DNA from: an uncultured Actinomycetes bacterium
Lineage (GTDB): Bacteria; Actinomycetota; UBA4738; HRBIN12
DNA length: 64,000 bases
Assembly (NCBI GenBank): GCA_963831325.1
Contig: CAWHQA010000004.1
Location: 128,069 to 192,068 of the forward strand
Direction: 5' to 3'
A program made the translations under genes and the position numbers. Below are positions 19,140 to 30,587 of the stretch, piece after piece. Every line of letters begins with the position of its first letter. Positions within the stretch are counted from its first letter, which is position 1. The notes beneath the pieces are model-generated. The model saw only the letters and a program-made list of their open reading frames with translations, had not been told where the DNA came from and made no database searches.

Positions 19140-19487
19140 ATGATCGGCGAGATCGACCACATCTATTACTGGGTGCGCGACATGGACGTCGCCGTATCGT
19201 TCTACCGCGACGTGCTGGAGCTTCCGCTCGTGCGGCGCAACGGCGACGAGTGGGCCGAGCTCGATGCCGGCCCGGTGCGTCTCGCCCTGCACGGGACCGC
19301 CGATCCGACCCCCACGAGCGGCACGGTGGTCTTCCGGGTCGGCGATCTCGACGACGCTCGCATCGCGCTCCGTCAGCGCGGCGCAGATGTCGACGAGCAC
19401 GTCGGGGAGGTCGAGGGGCTCGCGCGTTTCGCGACCGTGAGGGACCCCGACGGCAACCCCGTTCAGTTGATCGAGTACCTGACATGA
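19140..19487 (+). CDS. VOC family protein (glyoxalase/bleomycin-resistance fold)
   Basis: 115-aa ORF reading IDHIYYWVRDMDVAVSFYRDVLELPL...FATVRDPDGNPVQLIEY. Its stop overlaps the next start (ATGA at 19484-19487). Confidence 0.8.
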   Translation: MIGEIDHIYYWVRDMDVAVSFYRDVLELPLVRRNGDEWAELDAGPVRLALHGTADPTPTSGTVVFRVGDLDDARIALRQRGADVDEHVGEVEGLARFATVRDPDGNPVQLIEYLT

Positions 19488-22400
19488 GCTCGGAGCCCGC
19501 CTTGGAGCGCCCCCAGGCCGATGCAGAGCCGGCCCTGGAGCCCTGTCCTCGATGTGGACGGGCTCTGCCGCCGCGTGCCAACTTCTGCCCGAACTGCGGC
19601 GCGCCGGTCGCGGTGCCGGCCGCGTCGGAGCGACGTGTCGTCACGGTGGTCTTCGCCGACCTGGCCGGGTCGACCGAGCTCGCCGCCACGCTCGATCCCG
19701 AACGGTTCCGCGACGTGCTCGCGGCCTTCCACGGCATGGTGACCGACGAGATCACGTCGCTCGGCGGGCGGGCAGAAGGCTTCATCGGCGACGCGGTGCT
19801 GGGCGTGTTCGGCATCCCGATGCTGCACGACGACGATGCCGAGCGTGGCGTGCGAGCCGGGCTCGCGATCGTGGAGCGCGCAGGCCGCATCGGCGCCCGG
19901 CTGGAGCTGCCGGTGCCCGTGCGGCGTGCGGGTCGGCGTGAACACCGGGCCGGTGGCGGTGGGCACCGCGAGCGACCGCAACATCGTGATCGGCGCCGAG
20001 GTCAACATCGGCGCACGCCTGCAGCAGGCGGCCCGGCCTGGCGAGGTGCTCGTGGGCGAACGCACGCGCCTGCTCGTCGGCGACGCGATCGAGCTCGGCG
20101 AGCGCCGCCTGATCGAAGCGAAGGGATTCGACGAGGCGATGCCGGTGTGGGAGGCACTCGGCGTCGTCGGGCCGCAGACGCGCCGTTCGATCTCGCTCGT
20201 GAACCGCCGGCGCGAGCTCGCCCTGCTCACGGACACGTTCGAGCGGGTGCGCGTGCGCGAGCGCGCCCACCTCGTCACGCTGCTCGGCGAGCCCGGCATC
20301 GGCAAGACCCGCGTCGTCGAGGAGTTCCTCGCCGGCCTGCCCGAGGGGGTGCGCGTGCTCGCCGGACGCTCGAGCGTCTTCGAGGAAGAGGTCACGTTCT
20401 GGCCGCTCGCGCAGATGGTCTACCGTGAGATCGGCGCCGACCGCAGCGCCCCGGACGACGAGGTGCACGATCGCCTGCGTTCGTTCGTGGGCGAGTGGGT
20501 CGAGGGCGACGACGTCGACGAGGCCGCGCGGCGGCTCGCGATGGCGCTCGGCATCGACGCCGACCGCGAGGATCAGCGCTACCACGCCGCCGAGGTGCGC
20601 CGCGGTCTGCTGAGCGTGCTCGCCGGCCTCGCCTCGCGCGGCCCGGTCGTGCTCGTCTTCGAGGATCTGCACGAAGCCGACCCGGTGCTGCTCGACCTGA
20701 TCGAGCAGCTCGTGAAGGAAGCCCGCAAGGTGCCGCTCATGGTGCTCTGCGTCGCGCGATGGGAGTTCCTGGAGCAGCGGCCGAGCTGGGCCGGCGGCAT
20801 CGCCGACAACGTGACGCTGTGGGTCGAGCCGCTCACGCTCGGCCACGCCGCCGAGCTCGCGATGGAGGCCGGCGGCCTGCGCTACGACGACGCCGAGCGC
20901 GTCGCGCAGCACGCCGGGCGGCAACCCGTTCTTCATCGTGGAGATCGTCGGCATGCTGCGGCGAGAGGAACGCGACCTGCCTCCGTGGGGGCCCGCGCCG
21001 AGCGGACGGCTGCTGCCGGCCACCGTGCAGGCGGTGATCGCGGCGCGCATCGACCAGCTCTCGCCGGCGGCGCGCGAGCTGGTGCGGCGTGCATCGGTCT
21101 TCCCTCAGGGGCGCTTCGACCTCGACGAGCTGTCGCTGCTGGTCGAACCCCGCCAGGAGCTGCTCGACGAGGCCGAGGACGACGAGCTGCTGATGCGCGA
21201 CGAGGACCGTCCCGGCGTGTGGCGGTTCGGCTCCGACGTGCTGCGCGACGTCGCCTACGACTCGCTCGCCAAGCGGGAACGCCAGCGGCTGCACCTGCGC
21301 GTGGCGAACAAGCTCTCGGAGGGCGACGACCGATCGTTACCCGCGCACGGTGGCGTTCCATCTCGAACAGGCTGCACAGGCAGCGCTCGACCTCAATCCG
21401 GGCGACCGCACCCTGGCCGAGCGCGGCGTCGATGCGCTCGCGCACGCCGGCGACATCGCGCGGCGCCGCGATCGAGTCGCGCTCGGCCGCCGACCTGTAC
21501 GAGCGCGCCTTGGTCATGGCCGGACCCGATGATCGCTGGAGGCGACCGCGAAGCATGGATCCTGAGCGTGCTCGGCGAGGCCCGGTACTGGCTCGGTGAG
21601 TTCGACGCCGGCGGGTGCGGCCCTGCACCGGGCGCTCGCGCTCGGCGGCGAGTCGAGCGATCGTGTGTGCGCGCACGCCTCGCGGTTCCTGGCCGACATC
21701 ACGCTCACGATCGGCGGTGACGCCGATGCCGCCTCCGCGCTGTTCGAGCGCTCGCTCCAGGCCGCCCGACGGCTCGGGGAGCCGCGCGTGCTCGCCCGCA
21801 CGCTGCTCATGGCCGGGTGGGTGCCGTTCTGGGCGAACGACCTGCTCGAAGGCCGAGGCGATGTTCCGCGAGGCGCTCGAGGCCGCGCGATCGGCCGACG
21901 GAGGCGACGCCTGGGCCGAGTCGCGATCGCTCGTCGGCATCGCCAACGTGATCTCGCCCGTCGGGGACGAGGAGGAGGCGCTGCGCGTCGGGCATCGAGG
22001 CGCTCGCCGTGGGGGAGGACGCCGGCCAGGCGTTCACGGCGGCCGTCGCGCGACGAGACCGTCGCGGCATCGCTCCGCCGCCTCGCTGCGCCTCGACGAG
22101 GCGCTCGAACATGCCGACGCCGCGATCCGCACGTTCCGCGAGCTGGGCGCGCGGTGGGAGCTCGCGAGCGCGCTCGGCAACCGAGGCTCGATCTACCGCA
22201 TGGCCGGCCGGCTCGAGGAGGCCGAGACCGACCTGCGCGAGGCGTTCGTGCTCTGCCGCGACCTGCAGGAGCGGGCGCTCGTGACCTGGATCGCGGCCGA
22301 GCTCGCGCGCATCCTCGCCGTGCGAGGCGATCCGTCGGCTGCGCGCCAGGTGCTCTACGGACCCGTCCGCGCAGCTGGCCGACGGCGACGCCGGCGCGCT

Positions 22401-22676
22401 CGACCGCGTTGCTCACGGCCGAATGCGTGGTGGCGCTCGTGGAAGGCGACGAGGCAACCGCCCGCGCGAAGGCGAGGATCGCGATCGAGGCGGAGGCGGG
22501 CCCCGGCGACGGAGGCGAACGTGCACGCCGCCCAGGTCTGGTGGGCGGGCCGGCTCTTCGGAGCCGGCGATGCCGGGGGAGAGGAAGCCATGCACGAGGC
22601 CCGGGATATGCTCGAACGCCACCACTGGATGCAGGCCCTGCGTGAGCCGGATCTCGCCTCCGACCTGCGCCGATAG
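19484..22676 (+). CDS. Zn-ribbon + class III cyclase + P-loop STAND/AAA ATPase + TPR protein (heavily frame-broken)
   Basis: MSSEPALE..CPRCGRALPPRANFCPNCG is the zinc ribbon. VVTVVFADLAGSTE..GFIGDAVLGVFG..VRVGVNTGP..IGAEVNIGARL..GEVLVG is the cyclase. LLGEPGIGKTR is Walker A and VVLVFEDLHEAD is Walker B. TPR-like helices run to ..MLERHHWMQALREPDLASDLRR*. The gene is spread over at least 8 ORF-track pieces. The architecture resembles mycobacterial cyclase-ATPase proteins but lacks a LuxR HTH. Confidence 0.8.
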
Positions 22677-22831
22677 GTCGAAGATCTGCCCGGGGAGGCC
22701 TTGGGAAGCTCAAGGGCACGGCGAGTCCGGCCCGAGGATGGTTGCATCGGCCTCGATCCCGGGGGAGCCTGTGAGGGCATCGGGCCGGTTGCCAACCCTT
22801 CCCTCGGTCCGGTATGGGTAGACGCTCACAC

Positions 22832-24036
22832 ATGACGAGAACGCACTCCCCTTCCCCCCGCTTCCCCGTGGCGTTTCGCGTCGTCGCGGTCTCGACCGCG
22901 CTCGTCGCCCTGGTCGCGGTGGCCGCCACGAGCGGGTTCGCCGACCCCAAGGACGAGCTGCAGGAAGCCCGCCAGCAGCGGCGTGAGGTCGAGGCGCAGC
23001 TCTCGGCCGCCCAGGGCGAGCTCTCGACGATCGAGGCCCGCCTCGCCGACGCGCTGCTTCGGCTCGAGGACGCGACCGGCCGGCTCGAGGAGGTCACGGC
23101 GAACCTGCAGGCCACTCGCGAGGAGCGCGACGAGGCCGAGGCTCGCTTCGCCCGCATCGAGCTCCGGCTCAACGAGCGCGCGGCCGAGGTGTTCATGGAA
23201 GGGCCGGCGTCCGACGTCGGGTTCTACCTCGGCGCGACGTCGCTGTCGGATCTGTCCGACCGCATCGAGTTCGTCGACGTCGTGCAGCAGGACGACGCCG
23301 ATCTCGCGCAGGAGGTCTTGAACGTGCGGAACGAGCTCATCGCGGCCGAGGATCGCCTCGAGGAGCTGCAGTCGGAGGCGCGCCGCGAGCAGGCCAAGGC
23401 CCAGGCGCTGCAGGACGAGGTGCAGGCCGAGCTCGAGGCGCAGCAGGCCGTGCTCGCGAACGTCGAGTCGTCGCTCGCCGGTGCGAAGGCCGACGAGAAG
23501 GCGGCCGAAGAAGGCCTACCAGGAGTGGCAGGCTCGAGCTCGCCGCGACCGGATACGGCGGCCATGGTCGGTGGCGCTGCCCGAAGCGTGGCAGGGCGTG
23601 TTCGATGCGTGTCCCGTGGACCAGCCGCGAGGGTTCGGCGACGGGTTCGGCGCGCCCCGCTACGTAGGTGGCTACCACCTGCACAAGGGCGTCGACATCG
23701 TCGCGCCGCATGGGCACGCCGATCCGAGCGACGTTCGACGGCGTGGCGAGCGACGCCACGAACATCTACGGCGGCACCGCCGTCTACGTGAGGGTCAGTA
23801 CGGGGCGACCTACAACGCCCACATGACCTCGATCGCGAAGCTCGGGCCGGTGCAGGCCGGCGACGTGATCGGCTACGTCGGCAGCACGGGCCTCGCGGGC
23901 GGCGAGACGAACCACAACCACTTCGAGTTCCGGCCCGAACGTGATGCCCTCGAGCTGGCCCGCGAGCTACTACGGCTACTCGATCATCGACGACGCGATC
24001 AACCCGTACCCGCTGCTCGTCGCGGCCTGCGGCTGA
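22832..24036 (+). CDS. Secreted coiled-coil + M23 family metallopeptidase (frame-broken)
   Basis: A signal/TM segment (VVAVSTALVALVAVAATSGFA) precedes a long coiled coil (ELQEARQQRREVEAQL...). The M23 core reads GYHLHKGVDIVAPHG...YGGTAVY...YNAHM..GDVIGYVGSTG....HNHFEF. The pieces are ORFs 22814.., 23481.. and a third frame. The start is ATG 22832 or 22814. Confidence 0.78.
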
Positions 24037-24050
24037 CCCGATCCGGACAC

Positions 24051-24071
24051 GCTAGTCCATGCTGGACTAGC
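24051..24071. terminator. Perfect 9-bp stem / 3-nt loop hairpin between convergent genes
   Basis: The sequence is GCTAGTCCA-TGC-TGGACTAGC. It lies between the M23 gene stop (24036) and the minus-strand gene stop (24067). There is no U-tract. Confidence 0.4.
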
Positions 24072-24918
24072 TCGCGCCGCGGCTCCTGATCAGCAGACCG
24101 AGCCCGATCACGAACACGACCCCCGCGGCGACCAAGAGCGCGACGGCGAGTGGCGGCGTTCCGACCCCCGCCCGATCCCGTCCCGGACGGGCTCGGTGAG
24201 ACCGGCGCCGGCACGCCCGCAACCACGACGTAGCCCGAGACCGGGCAGGTCGGCTTCCGCTTGCTGCTGGCCGGGTGTGTCGGTCGTCTCGAGCGACTCC
24301 CAGGTCTCGCCGTCCGACGAGAAGAGCAGCTCGTGGATGTTCGCATGCAGCGTCGAGGTCGCCGGGTACGCGAGGATCGCCTGGATCGGCCGATCGAAGC
24401 TGCGGATGCGGTCCCCCGAGGGGAGTGATGTCGCGCTGACCCGATAGGCGTTGCCGAAGGCCGCGAGGTCGCCGCCCGGCGGTGCGAGCTCGGCGGGATC
24501 GACCGGCTCCACCACCAGCTCGACCGACCTGCTCCGTCACGGGCGCCACGATCGAGCCATCGTCGATGACCACTACGATCTGGTTGTCGTCGGTGAACAG
24601 CACCTGCGTGCCCACCTCGCCCTTGCGCAGCGGAAGCTTGAACCGGTCCGAGCTCGGTTCCTTGTTCGTGGACTCGAGCTCCGGCGGCGGCGAGACCCAC
24701 CGGTAGTCCACGGGGCCGACACCGTCGAGCAGGGGCCCTCGGGCCAGCGGCGAGAGCGACCCCGACCAGGCGGCCAGCGCCGCGTAGGTCACCACCACGA
24801 CGAGCCCTGCGATCAACGCGCGCCGGGCGTCACGGTTCACCCGCCTCACGCCGGGATCGAAGGTCACGGCGCGATGTCCATGGGCAGCACCTCGTGGGTC
24901 GCGAGCTAAGGGGGCCAC
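24067..24918 (-). CDS. Hypothetical membrane-anchored protein (N- and C-terminal TM helices; frame-broken)
   Basis: ORFs 24067..24918 and 24108..24515 combine. The N-terminal TM is RRALIAGLVVVVTYAALAAW. The extracytoplasmic body reads ..DYRWVSPPPELESTNKEP..FKLPLRKGEVGTQVLFTDDNQIVVVIDDGSIVAP.. ..AFGNAYRVSATSLPSGDRIRSFDRPIQAILAYP... The C-terminal TM is LAVALLVAAGVVFVIGLGLLI. I recognised no family. Confidence 0.5.
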   Translation of the reverse strand: MAPLARDPRGAAHGHRAVTFDPGVRRVNRDARRALIAGLVVVVTYAALAAWSGSLSPLARGPLLDGVGPVDYRWVSPPPELESTNKEPSSDRFKLPLRKGEVGTQVLFTDDNQIVVVIDDGSIVAPVTEQVGRAGGGAGRSRRARTAGRRPRGLRQRLSGQRDITPLGGPHPQLRSADPGDPRVPGDLDAACEHPRAALLVGRRDLGVARDDRHTRPAASGSRPARSRATSWLRACRRRSHRARPGRDRAGVGTPPLAVALLVAAGVVFVIGLGLLIRSRGAS

Positions 24919-26116
24919 ACGACCATGTGCTCACCGGGGACCATCCATTCCCAGATGACGGCCGCGGCGGCGACGTTGTCGCCGGCCGTGGCGGTGCCCG
25001 GCTCACCGAAACGCAGGCCGCTGCCGTTGGGCAGGCTTCCCAGCGGGAAGGTCGATCGCGAGCGCCGCGTCGGCGATCGCCTCGGGAGAGGGCCCGGCGG
25101 CTGTGGGCATGATCTCGGCGAACAGCGCCCACGCGGCGGAGAAACCCGCGAGCGCTGCCGGGCTCATCTCCTCGTGCCAGCGCTCGTCGTAGGCGGTGCG
25201 CGCTCGTGCGAGGAGATCGGCGCCCTCGGGCCGCAGCGTGGAAGGGTCGATCGCGTCGCCGCTGGGCTTGTCCGAGGCGAAGAGCCCAACGGCGCCCTGG
25301 CCGAGGGCCGCACCGAACTCCGGCATGCAGTACGACGAGGAGGTGCCGATGCTCGCAAGCAGGTCGACGTCGTTGCGAACGAGTGCCCGGCGCAGACCGA
25401 TCGCGTCGACGAGGTAGGCAGAGACGAAGAGCACGTCGGCGCCGGAACGTCGATGCGCAGAGCGAGCGCGTCGTAGTCGACCGTACGCAGGTCGTACCCG
25501 AAGCTGCCGACGACATCGAGGCCGAGCTCGCGCGCGGCCTGCGAGGCGCCGCCCGCGACCGACCGGCCGTAGACGTCGTCGACGAACGAGATCGCGTACC
25601 GCAGTTCGTCAGGGTCGCGCCCGAACGCTCGGCGAGGGGACCGTTCATGAACGCGATCGCGTTGCGGCCGAGCACCGCGCCGGTCGGCGGCATGCGGAAC
25701 GTGCGCACCCCCTGTTCGGACCGCGCGCTCAGCATGCCGACGGCGCCCGTCTCCCAGAAGAGCATGCCGTTCGCGGCGGCGGTCTCCGACGCAGGCGCCG
25801 AGATCGTGCTTCCGTAGCTGCCGATCACGACCTCGATGCCGTCGGCGCCGAGACCCTCGATGGCGCCCGGCGCCGCCTCGGCTGCCGAGACGTCGGTCGA
25901 GACGATCTCGATCGTGCGGCCGTCGATGCCGCCGTCGGCGTTCACGAGCTCCGCCGCGAGCAGCGCGCCTCGGTGCTCGTCGATGCCGCCCTGGCCCTGC
26001 GAGCCGGACAGCGGATAGATCGCGCCCGACTCGGATCGCCTCGTCGCCCGGGCTCGCCGAGCACGCGACTGAAGCGTCAGCGCCGCCGCGGCCAGCAGGG
26101 CGAGCCGGCGCCTCAT
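24907..26116 (-). CDS. ABC transporter substrate-binding protein, branched-chain amino acid (LivJ/type I PBP) family, frame-broken
   Basis: MRRRLALLAAAALTLQS.. is the signal peptide. The body reads IYPLSGSQGQGGIDEHRGALLAAELVNADGGIDGRTIEIVSTDV...VVIGSYGSTIS..ANGMLFWETGA... Later pieces are in 25003..25434 (LFVSAYLVDAIGLRRALV..). The end is ..MVVWPP* with stop at 24907. Confidence 0.75.
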
Positions 26117-26618
26117 CGCAGCACCGTCATCACCACGTTGGCGGCTGCGTGCGTCGCCGCGGGAACGGTCCAGCTTCCCGATGCCCAGCGCTGCCACGAG
26201 AGCAGCAGCCCGGCACCGAGATCGACGGGGAAGACCGCCACGCCGTAGAGCGGCACGTGCACGAGGGCGAACGCCAGCGCGGTCACGCCGATGGCCACGA
26301 CGGCCCCGCGTCGTTCGAGCGCCCCGTACGCCGCCCTGCGGAACAGCGCTTCCTCGGCGACGGCGGCGAGCAGGGTGAGCGGCAGGGCCCAGGCGACGAG
26401 CGGGGAGGCGCACGGGGCGTCCGCCTGTCGAGAGAGCGAGCGCGATAGCGGCGAGGCCGACTCCGAGCACGAGAGCGGGGTGAAGTCGCGCGTCGCCTCG
26501 TGCAGACAGGCACCAGCAGCGACCCGGCGAGGATCGCGACCAGGGTCACGGTGAGGCCGCGACGCGCCCGGTTGCGCCGAGCGACGGGAGCCACGTGCGC
26601 ACGAGCAAGCAGCGCCAC
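26113..26618 (-). CDS. CPBP family intramembrane glutamic endopeptidase (CAAX protease-like), frame-broken
   Basis: ORF 26113..26298 gives ..VTALAFALVHVPLY...TVPAATHAAANVVM (conserved His motifs). Upstream, in another frame, is ..LLAAVAEEALFRRAAYGAL (the EExxxR motif). Confidence 0.65.
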
Positions 26619-26682
26619 GCCGGCGGCGACCAGGCCGAGCGTCGCGATGTCGGCGTTCGCGAAGCCGCGCGCTGCGACCGGC

Positions 26683-27144
26683 TCACGGCTTCGCCTCGAA
26701 GGAGACGGCGGCCAGCACCCTCGGGTCGAACGGCGCGTGGTCGTTGGCGACGAACTCCACCTGCAGCAGGTGCTCGCCGGGTGTGAGATCGGTCAGCGGC
26801 TGCGACGTACCCGAGGTCATCGAGACGAGCGCGCCGTCGAGCATCACGTGCAGATGACCCTGTCGGGCCGGAGGTCGGTCGAGGTCTGCTCGACGATCTC
26901 GGCGCCCTCGCAGGTCGACCTCGAGCTGCGCGGTGTCGCCCGCGACCCGATCGCCGTTCTCGGGGCTCACGATCGTGAGCACGCCCGTGCTCGTCGGCCG
27001 TTCGGCTGCCACAGTGGGCGCCGTCGGCGTCGAGGGCGAACCGCCGTCGCTCGTCGCTGCCCCCGCACCCGGTTGTGACGAGTGCGAGGACGACGGCGAA
27101 GGCGCGAGCGATCGCGCGGTTCGCGCGATCGAGCGGCGGTTCAT
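26683..27144 (-). CDS. Lipoprotein with a C-terminal GHLHVxLDG-type (DUF4399-like) domain, paralog 1
   Basis: 153-aa ORF reading ..LTIVSPENGDRVAGDTAQLEVDL...GHLHVMLDGALVSMTSG..GEHLLQVEFVANDHAPFDPRV... A canonical lipobox (AFAVVLALVTTGCGG) is readable only in a shifted frame just after MNRRSIARTARSL. That implies compensating indels at the N-terminus. Confidence 0.55.
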   Translation of the reverse strand: MNRRSIARTARSLAPSPSSSHSSQPGAGAATSDGGSPSTPTAPTVAAERPTSTGVLTIVSPENGDRVAGDTAQLEVDLRGRRDRRADLDRPPARQGHLHVMLDGALVSMTSGTSQPLTDLTPGEHLLQVEFVANDHAPFDPRVLAAVSFEAKP

Positions 27145-27157
27145 CGTTCGGCCTCGT

Positions 27158-29218
27158 TCACGGTTCGATCTCCTGTTCGTGGATCGCCTGCAGCACGGTA
27201 CCGCCTTCGGTGGTGGCGACCACCTCGAACCGCCACCGTCCGGCGTCGACCTCGGCCGGAGGCCGCGAAGTGCCCGGGGTGAGGCGCGTGACGTCGAGCG
27301 CCTCGCCCTGCCCCTCGGGCCCGACCGCGACGACCACGAGCCCGGAGAGCGGGAAGCTCGTCGCCCTTGCGGTCGAACGCCGTCACGTGGAACTCGTTCG
27401 CGCCGGCCGCGCCGGGGTCGAGGTAGACCTGCAGCTGCTCGCCCGTCGACGAGCGTGAACGTCTCGATGTCGGGCAGCCCCGGCTGCCCTGGGCGACGGT
27501 CGAGGTCGTCGGGGGGGCGCGCGTGACGAGGACGAGCGGCACCTCGGTCGTGCGCGCCCCGGATCGCACCTGGACCACCGGCGTCCCACGCTCCGGCGAG
27601 CGAGAGCTGCGTGCCGGCGCCCGTCCAGGTCGCGGCCCGCCATCGTGGGAGATCCCCTCGGCTCGAGAGGAAGCGTGGCCGGCTCGATCTCCGGACGTCC
27701 GATCGCCGACATCAGCACGGTCACCTCATCGGCTTCGATGGGCGTGCCGTCGTCGTAGTCGACGATGCTCGCCTCGAACGTATTCGGGCCGGCGCCGCCG
27801 GGTGACGCAGTGAGCGTGACCCGCGTCGTGGTGGCGAAGTCGGCGCCCGACGCGGCGATCGATGGTGCCTCGGGCCGGGCCGGCCGGGCGTTCTGCCCGT
27901 CGGGGTTGAGGCTCGTGAGTGTTCCGGTGAGCCCGAAGACGCCGAGCGCGGCGACGATCTCGATCGCGACGCACCTGCCGCAGCAGCGTGCCGTCGGTCG
28001 CGAGGCGCGGGATCGACCGGCGGCGGTTGAACGCGCCGAGCGCCGATGAGCAGCGGCTGCGAGCGCGACCTTCACGATGCAGGGCCGTGCCGTAGCTCGT
28101 GCTCGGTGAGCATCGCGCGCACGTCGCCGATGCCACCGGCCTCCCCGACGGTGCGCGCCATGCCGGTGAGCACGACCGCGAGCAGCGCCCAGCCCGCGAT
28201 GCGCGAGAACCGCGTCGCCTCGGCGACCGGAGCGGAGGCTCGCCGGCGACGCTGCGCTCGCGCACGAGCAGCAGCAGCGGCACGAGGCCGCCGATCCACA
28301 CCCCGATCGCCAGGAAGTGCACGAACTGCGCGATCTCCGCCGGCCACGCGGGCACGAGCGCCGCCGCATGGCCGCTCGTGGCGCGCACGAGCATCGCGTC
28401 GCCGCGGCGATGCCGATGGCGACCAGGGGAGCGCGGCCGGCGGAGCGGCTCGCCGACCTCGAAACGCCCGCAGATGCGATCAGCGACGCGACGAACGTGA
28501 GCCGCGGCGGTGGCGAGCAGCCAGACGTAGGAGCGACCGGCCGCCGACGCGAGCAGGTCGCCGACCGACGCGCCGACGACGTCGGCTTCCGCGATCGTCA
28601 TCGCGATCGCGCCCACGAGCGCCGCCGCGCCCGCGAGCGGCAGCAGCACGCGTCGGGCAGGCACCACGCCGCCGAACGCCGCGAGGCTCGTGACCGCCGC
28701 TCCCACCGCGAGCGCGAGGCCGGCGTAGAGCAGCACCTTGCCCGCGACCGCGAGCGGCGATGGGGCGGGGGTCGACGGGGCGGCGGCCTCGGGCGCGGCG
28801 GCGACCTCGCCGAGGTCGCGCCGACGCCGAACGCGAAGACGCCCGCGGTGAGATGGCCGTCGGCGGTCGGAGACGACGACCCACGAGACGGTGTAGACGC
28901 CGTCGCCGAGGTCGCTCGGCAGCGCGACCTCGAGGGATCGCGGCGCTGAGCCTCGCTGCAGCGGTCCCGTCTCGATCGTCGGTGCCGCTGGCGTCGAGCA
29001 CGGTCACCGACGACAGGTCGGGGTCGGGCGGTTCGGTGAACGACATCGTGATCGAGGCCGGGGCGGTCGCGAGCACCTGCCGTCGGCGGGGTCGGAGGAC
29101 TCGAACGCCGCATGCGCCGACGCGGCGGTCGCGAGCGCGAACAGCATCGCTGACGCCGATCGCGCACACTGCGCCCGATGCGATGGCGCTCCGAAGGCCG
29201 AACCTGACGGGCGCTCAT
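27158..29218 (-). CDS. Fused copper resistance protein: CopC domain + CopD membrane domain + C-terminal YtkA/FixH-like domain (frame-broken)
   Basis: The CopC part is ..ATAASAHAAFESSDPADGQVLATAPASITMSFTEPPDPDLSSVTVLD..DGVYTVSWVVVSPTADGHLTAGVFAFGVG. The CopD helices include KVLLYAGLALAVGAAV.. and ..IAQFVHFLAIGVWIGGLVPLLLL... The C-terminal part is ..LQVYLDPGAAGANEFHVTAFD..GRWRFEVVATT... The start (29218) overlaps the upstream stop (ATGA). Confidence 0.75.
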
Positions 29219-29780
29219 GGAGCCTCCGTCTCGAACCGCACGGCCGCCGTGACCCTCGGGTCGAACGGGGCGTGATCGGCGGCCACGTACTCGGCCTGCA
29301 GGGTATGGACCCCGGCGAGGTCCCCGCAGGTCGACGACCTGCACGAGCCCGTAGGTCATCGAGACGAGCTGCACCGTCGAGCACGAGGTGCACGTGGCCC
29401 GGTGTCGGGCGTGAGCTCGCGTGCTCGTGTCCTCGACGATGCGTCCTCCCTGCAGATCGAGCACGACCTCGACCTCGTCGGCCGCCACGACCTGGCCGTC
29501 GGCCGGGATCGCGAACGACAGGGTCGCGGTCGACGACGGCCGAGGCCCCGGCTCGACCGCGCCGAGACCGGCGATCCGCCGGCGTGCGCGGCGGGAACAT
29601 CGCCCTCGGGACGACCGCGGCCGACGACGACGAGCGCCGCCGCGGCCGACGAGCAGCCCCGGGCCGGCCCAGGCGGGCAGGCGGGGGAACCCCTTCCCCT
29701 TGAGGCGGGACCACCCCACCCACCCGACCCAGAGCGCGCCGAACAGCAGCACGACCGAGAGCGACTCGTCGACCGCACCC
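29215..29780 (-). CDS. GHVHLVLDG-type (DUF4399-like) protein, paralog 2 (frame-broken; 5' boundary unresolved)
   Basis: ..TLSFAIPADGQVVAADEVEVVLDLQGGRIVEDTST.. then GHVHLVLDG..LVSMTYGLVQVVDL.. then ..LQAEYVAADHAPFDPRVTAAVRFETEAP*, pieced from three frames. It is collinear with paralog 1 (26683..27144). No stop codon in any frame separates it from the upstream ORF. Confidence 0.4.
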
Positions 29781-29799
29781 GCGATGGGCGAGCATCGCC

Positions 29800-30515
29800 G
29801 TGGCCTCGGGTCCTCCTGCGGCTTCCGACGCGCCATCGCCAGCGCGGCGATCGCGACGATGATGCCGATCGCGCCGAGCACGATGCCGACCATGCCGACC
29901 GTGCGCGCGCTCGACGCGGCATCCTCGGCCGATGCGGCGGCGGCCTCGGCTGCGGCGACCCCGTCGGCCGCTGCTGCGTCGCTCTCCTCGTCGATGCGCG
30001 TGGCGAGCTCCTCGTTCGACGGCGCGTCGACCGCCGGGAACGACATCGGCGGCCAGCGTCCTCGACGGCCGAGAAGGTGCTCGGGGCCGGAGGTCATCTC
30101 CTCGTCGACCTCTCTCGCCGTCGATCGTGCCGGTGAAGTGGAACGTGTACTTGCCGGGCTGCGACGGCACGAAGTCGGCGTGGTAGTCGCCCGCCTCGCC
30201 GAACACGAGCTGGCCGCCCTCGAAGAAGAACGCCGGCTCCATGTCCATGGGCTCGCTCGTCTCGTCGCCGAAGGTGATCTCGACCTGCACGTCGCCGGGC
30301 TTCAGGTCGGTGACGGGCTCGCCGTCGTGCTCGACGACGCAGCTGCACGGCGTTGGGCTGGCCGGCGAAGGCCGGCTCGTCGGCGAAGCCGATCGTGAGG
30401 ACGAGGTCGCCCTCGCCGGCCTCGCCGTGGGCGAACGCGGGCGCGGCCGGCAGCACGATCAGACCGGCAGACGGCCGCGCCGAGCGCGGCGCGCCGCGAA
30501 GGTGGAACGACGCAT
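29800..30515 (-). CDS. Secreted, C-terminally TM-anchored protein of the copper cluster (frame-broken; 3' boundary unresolved)
   Basis: SD GGAAGGAG precedes ATG 30515 (MRRSTFAARRA..). The signal ends ..LPAAPAFAHGEAGEG. The beta-rich body reads DLVLTIGFADEPAFAGQPNAVQL..DVQVEITFGDETSEPMDMEPAFFFEGGQLVFGEAGDYHADFVPSQPGKYTFHFTGTIDGERV. An acidic linker leads to the TM helix VGMVGIVLGAIGIIVAIAALAMARRK. Confidence 0.45.
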
Positions 30516-30587
30516 GGGATGCTCCTTCCCTGATCCGTGCACCGCCTGCGCCTGGCCCGAGAGACGCGGGCGCGGAAGGCGATGCAG

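Noticed and set aside
22677-22831. GC-rich, apparently structured ~155-nt leader upstream of the M23 cell-wall peptidase. I considered a c-di-AMP (ydaO/yuaA-type) riboswitch, which often precedes actinobacterial cell-wall hydrolase genes.
   Set aside because: Some segments vaguely resemble the motif (CGGGGAGGCC, ACGGCGAGUCC). However, I could not find the strongly conserved 3' element (..CCCGA.CCCG.CAGCUAACCUCG.AAGCG) as I recall it. Without a covariance-model search (Rfam RF00379) the call is unsupported.
21514-23196. Long antisense or shadow ORFs, for example 21514..23196 (560 aa). Others are 53..784, 6753..7808, 15876..17327, 37774..38898, 43280..44359, 49243..50103 and 54039..55136.
   Set aside because: All lie opposite or out of frame to genes with clear family signatures. 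All have Arg/Pro/Gly/Ala-dominated composition typical of non-coding frames in ~70% GC DNA, and none shows a recognisable motif.
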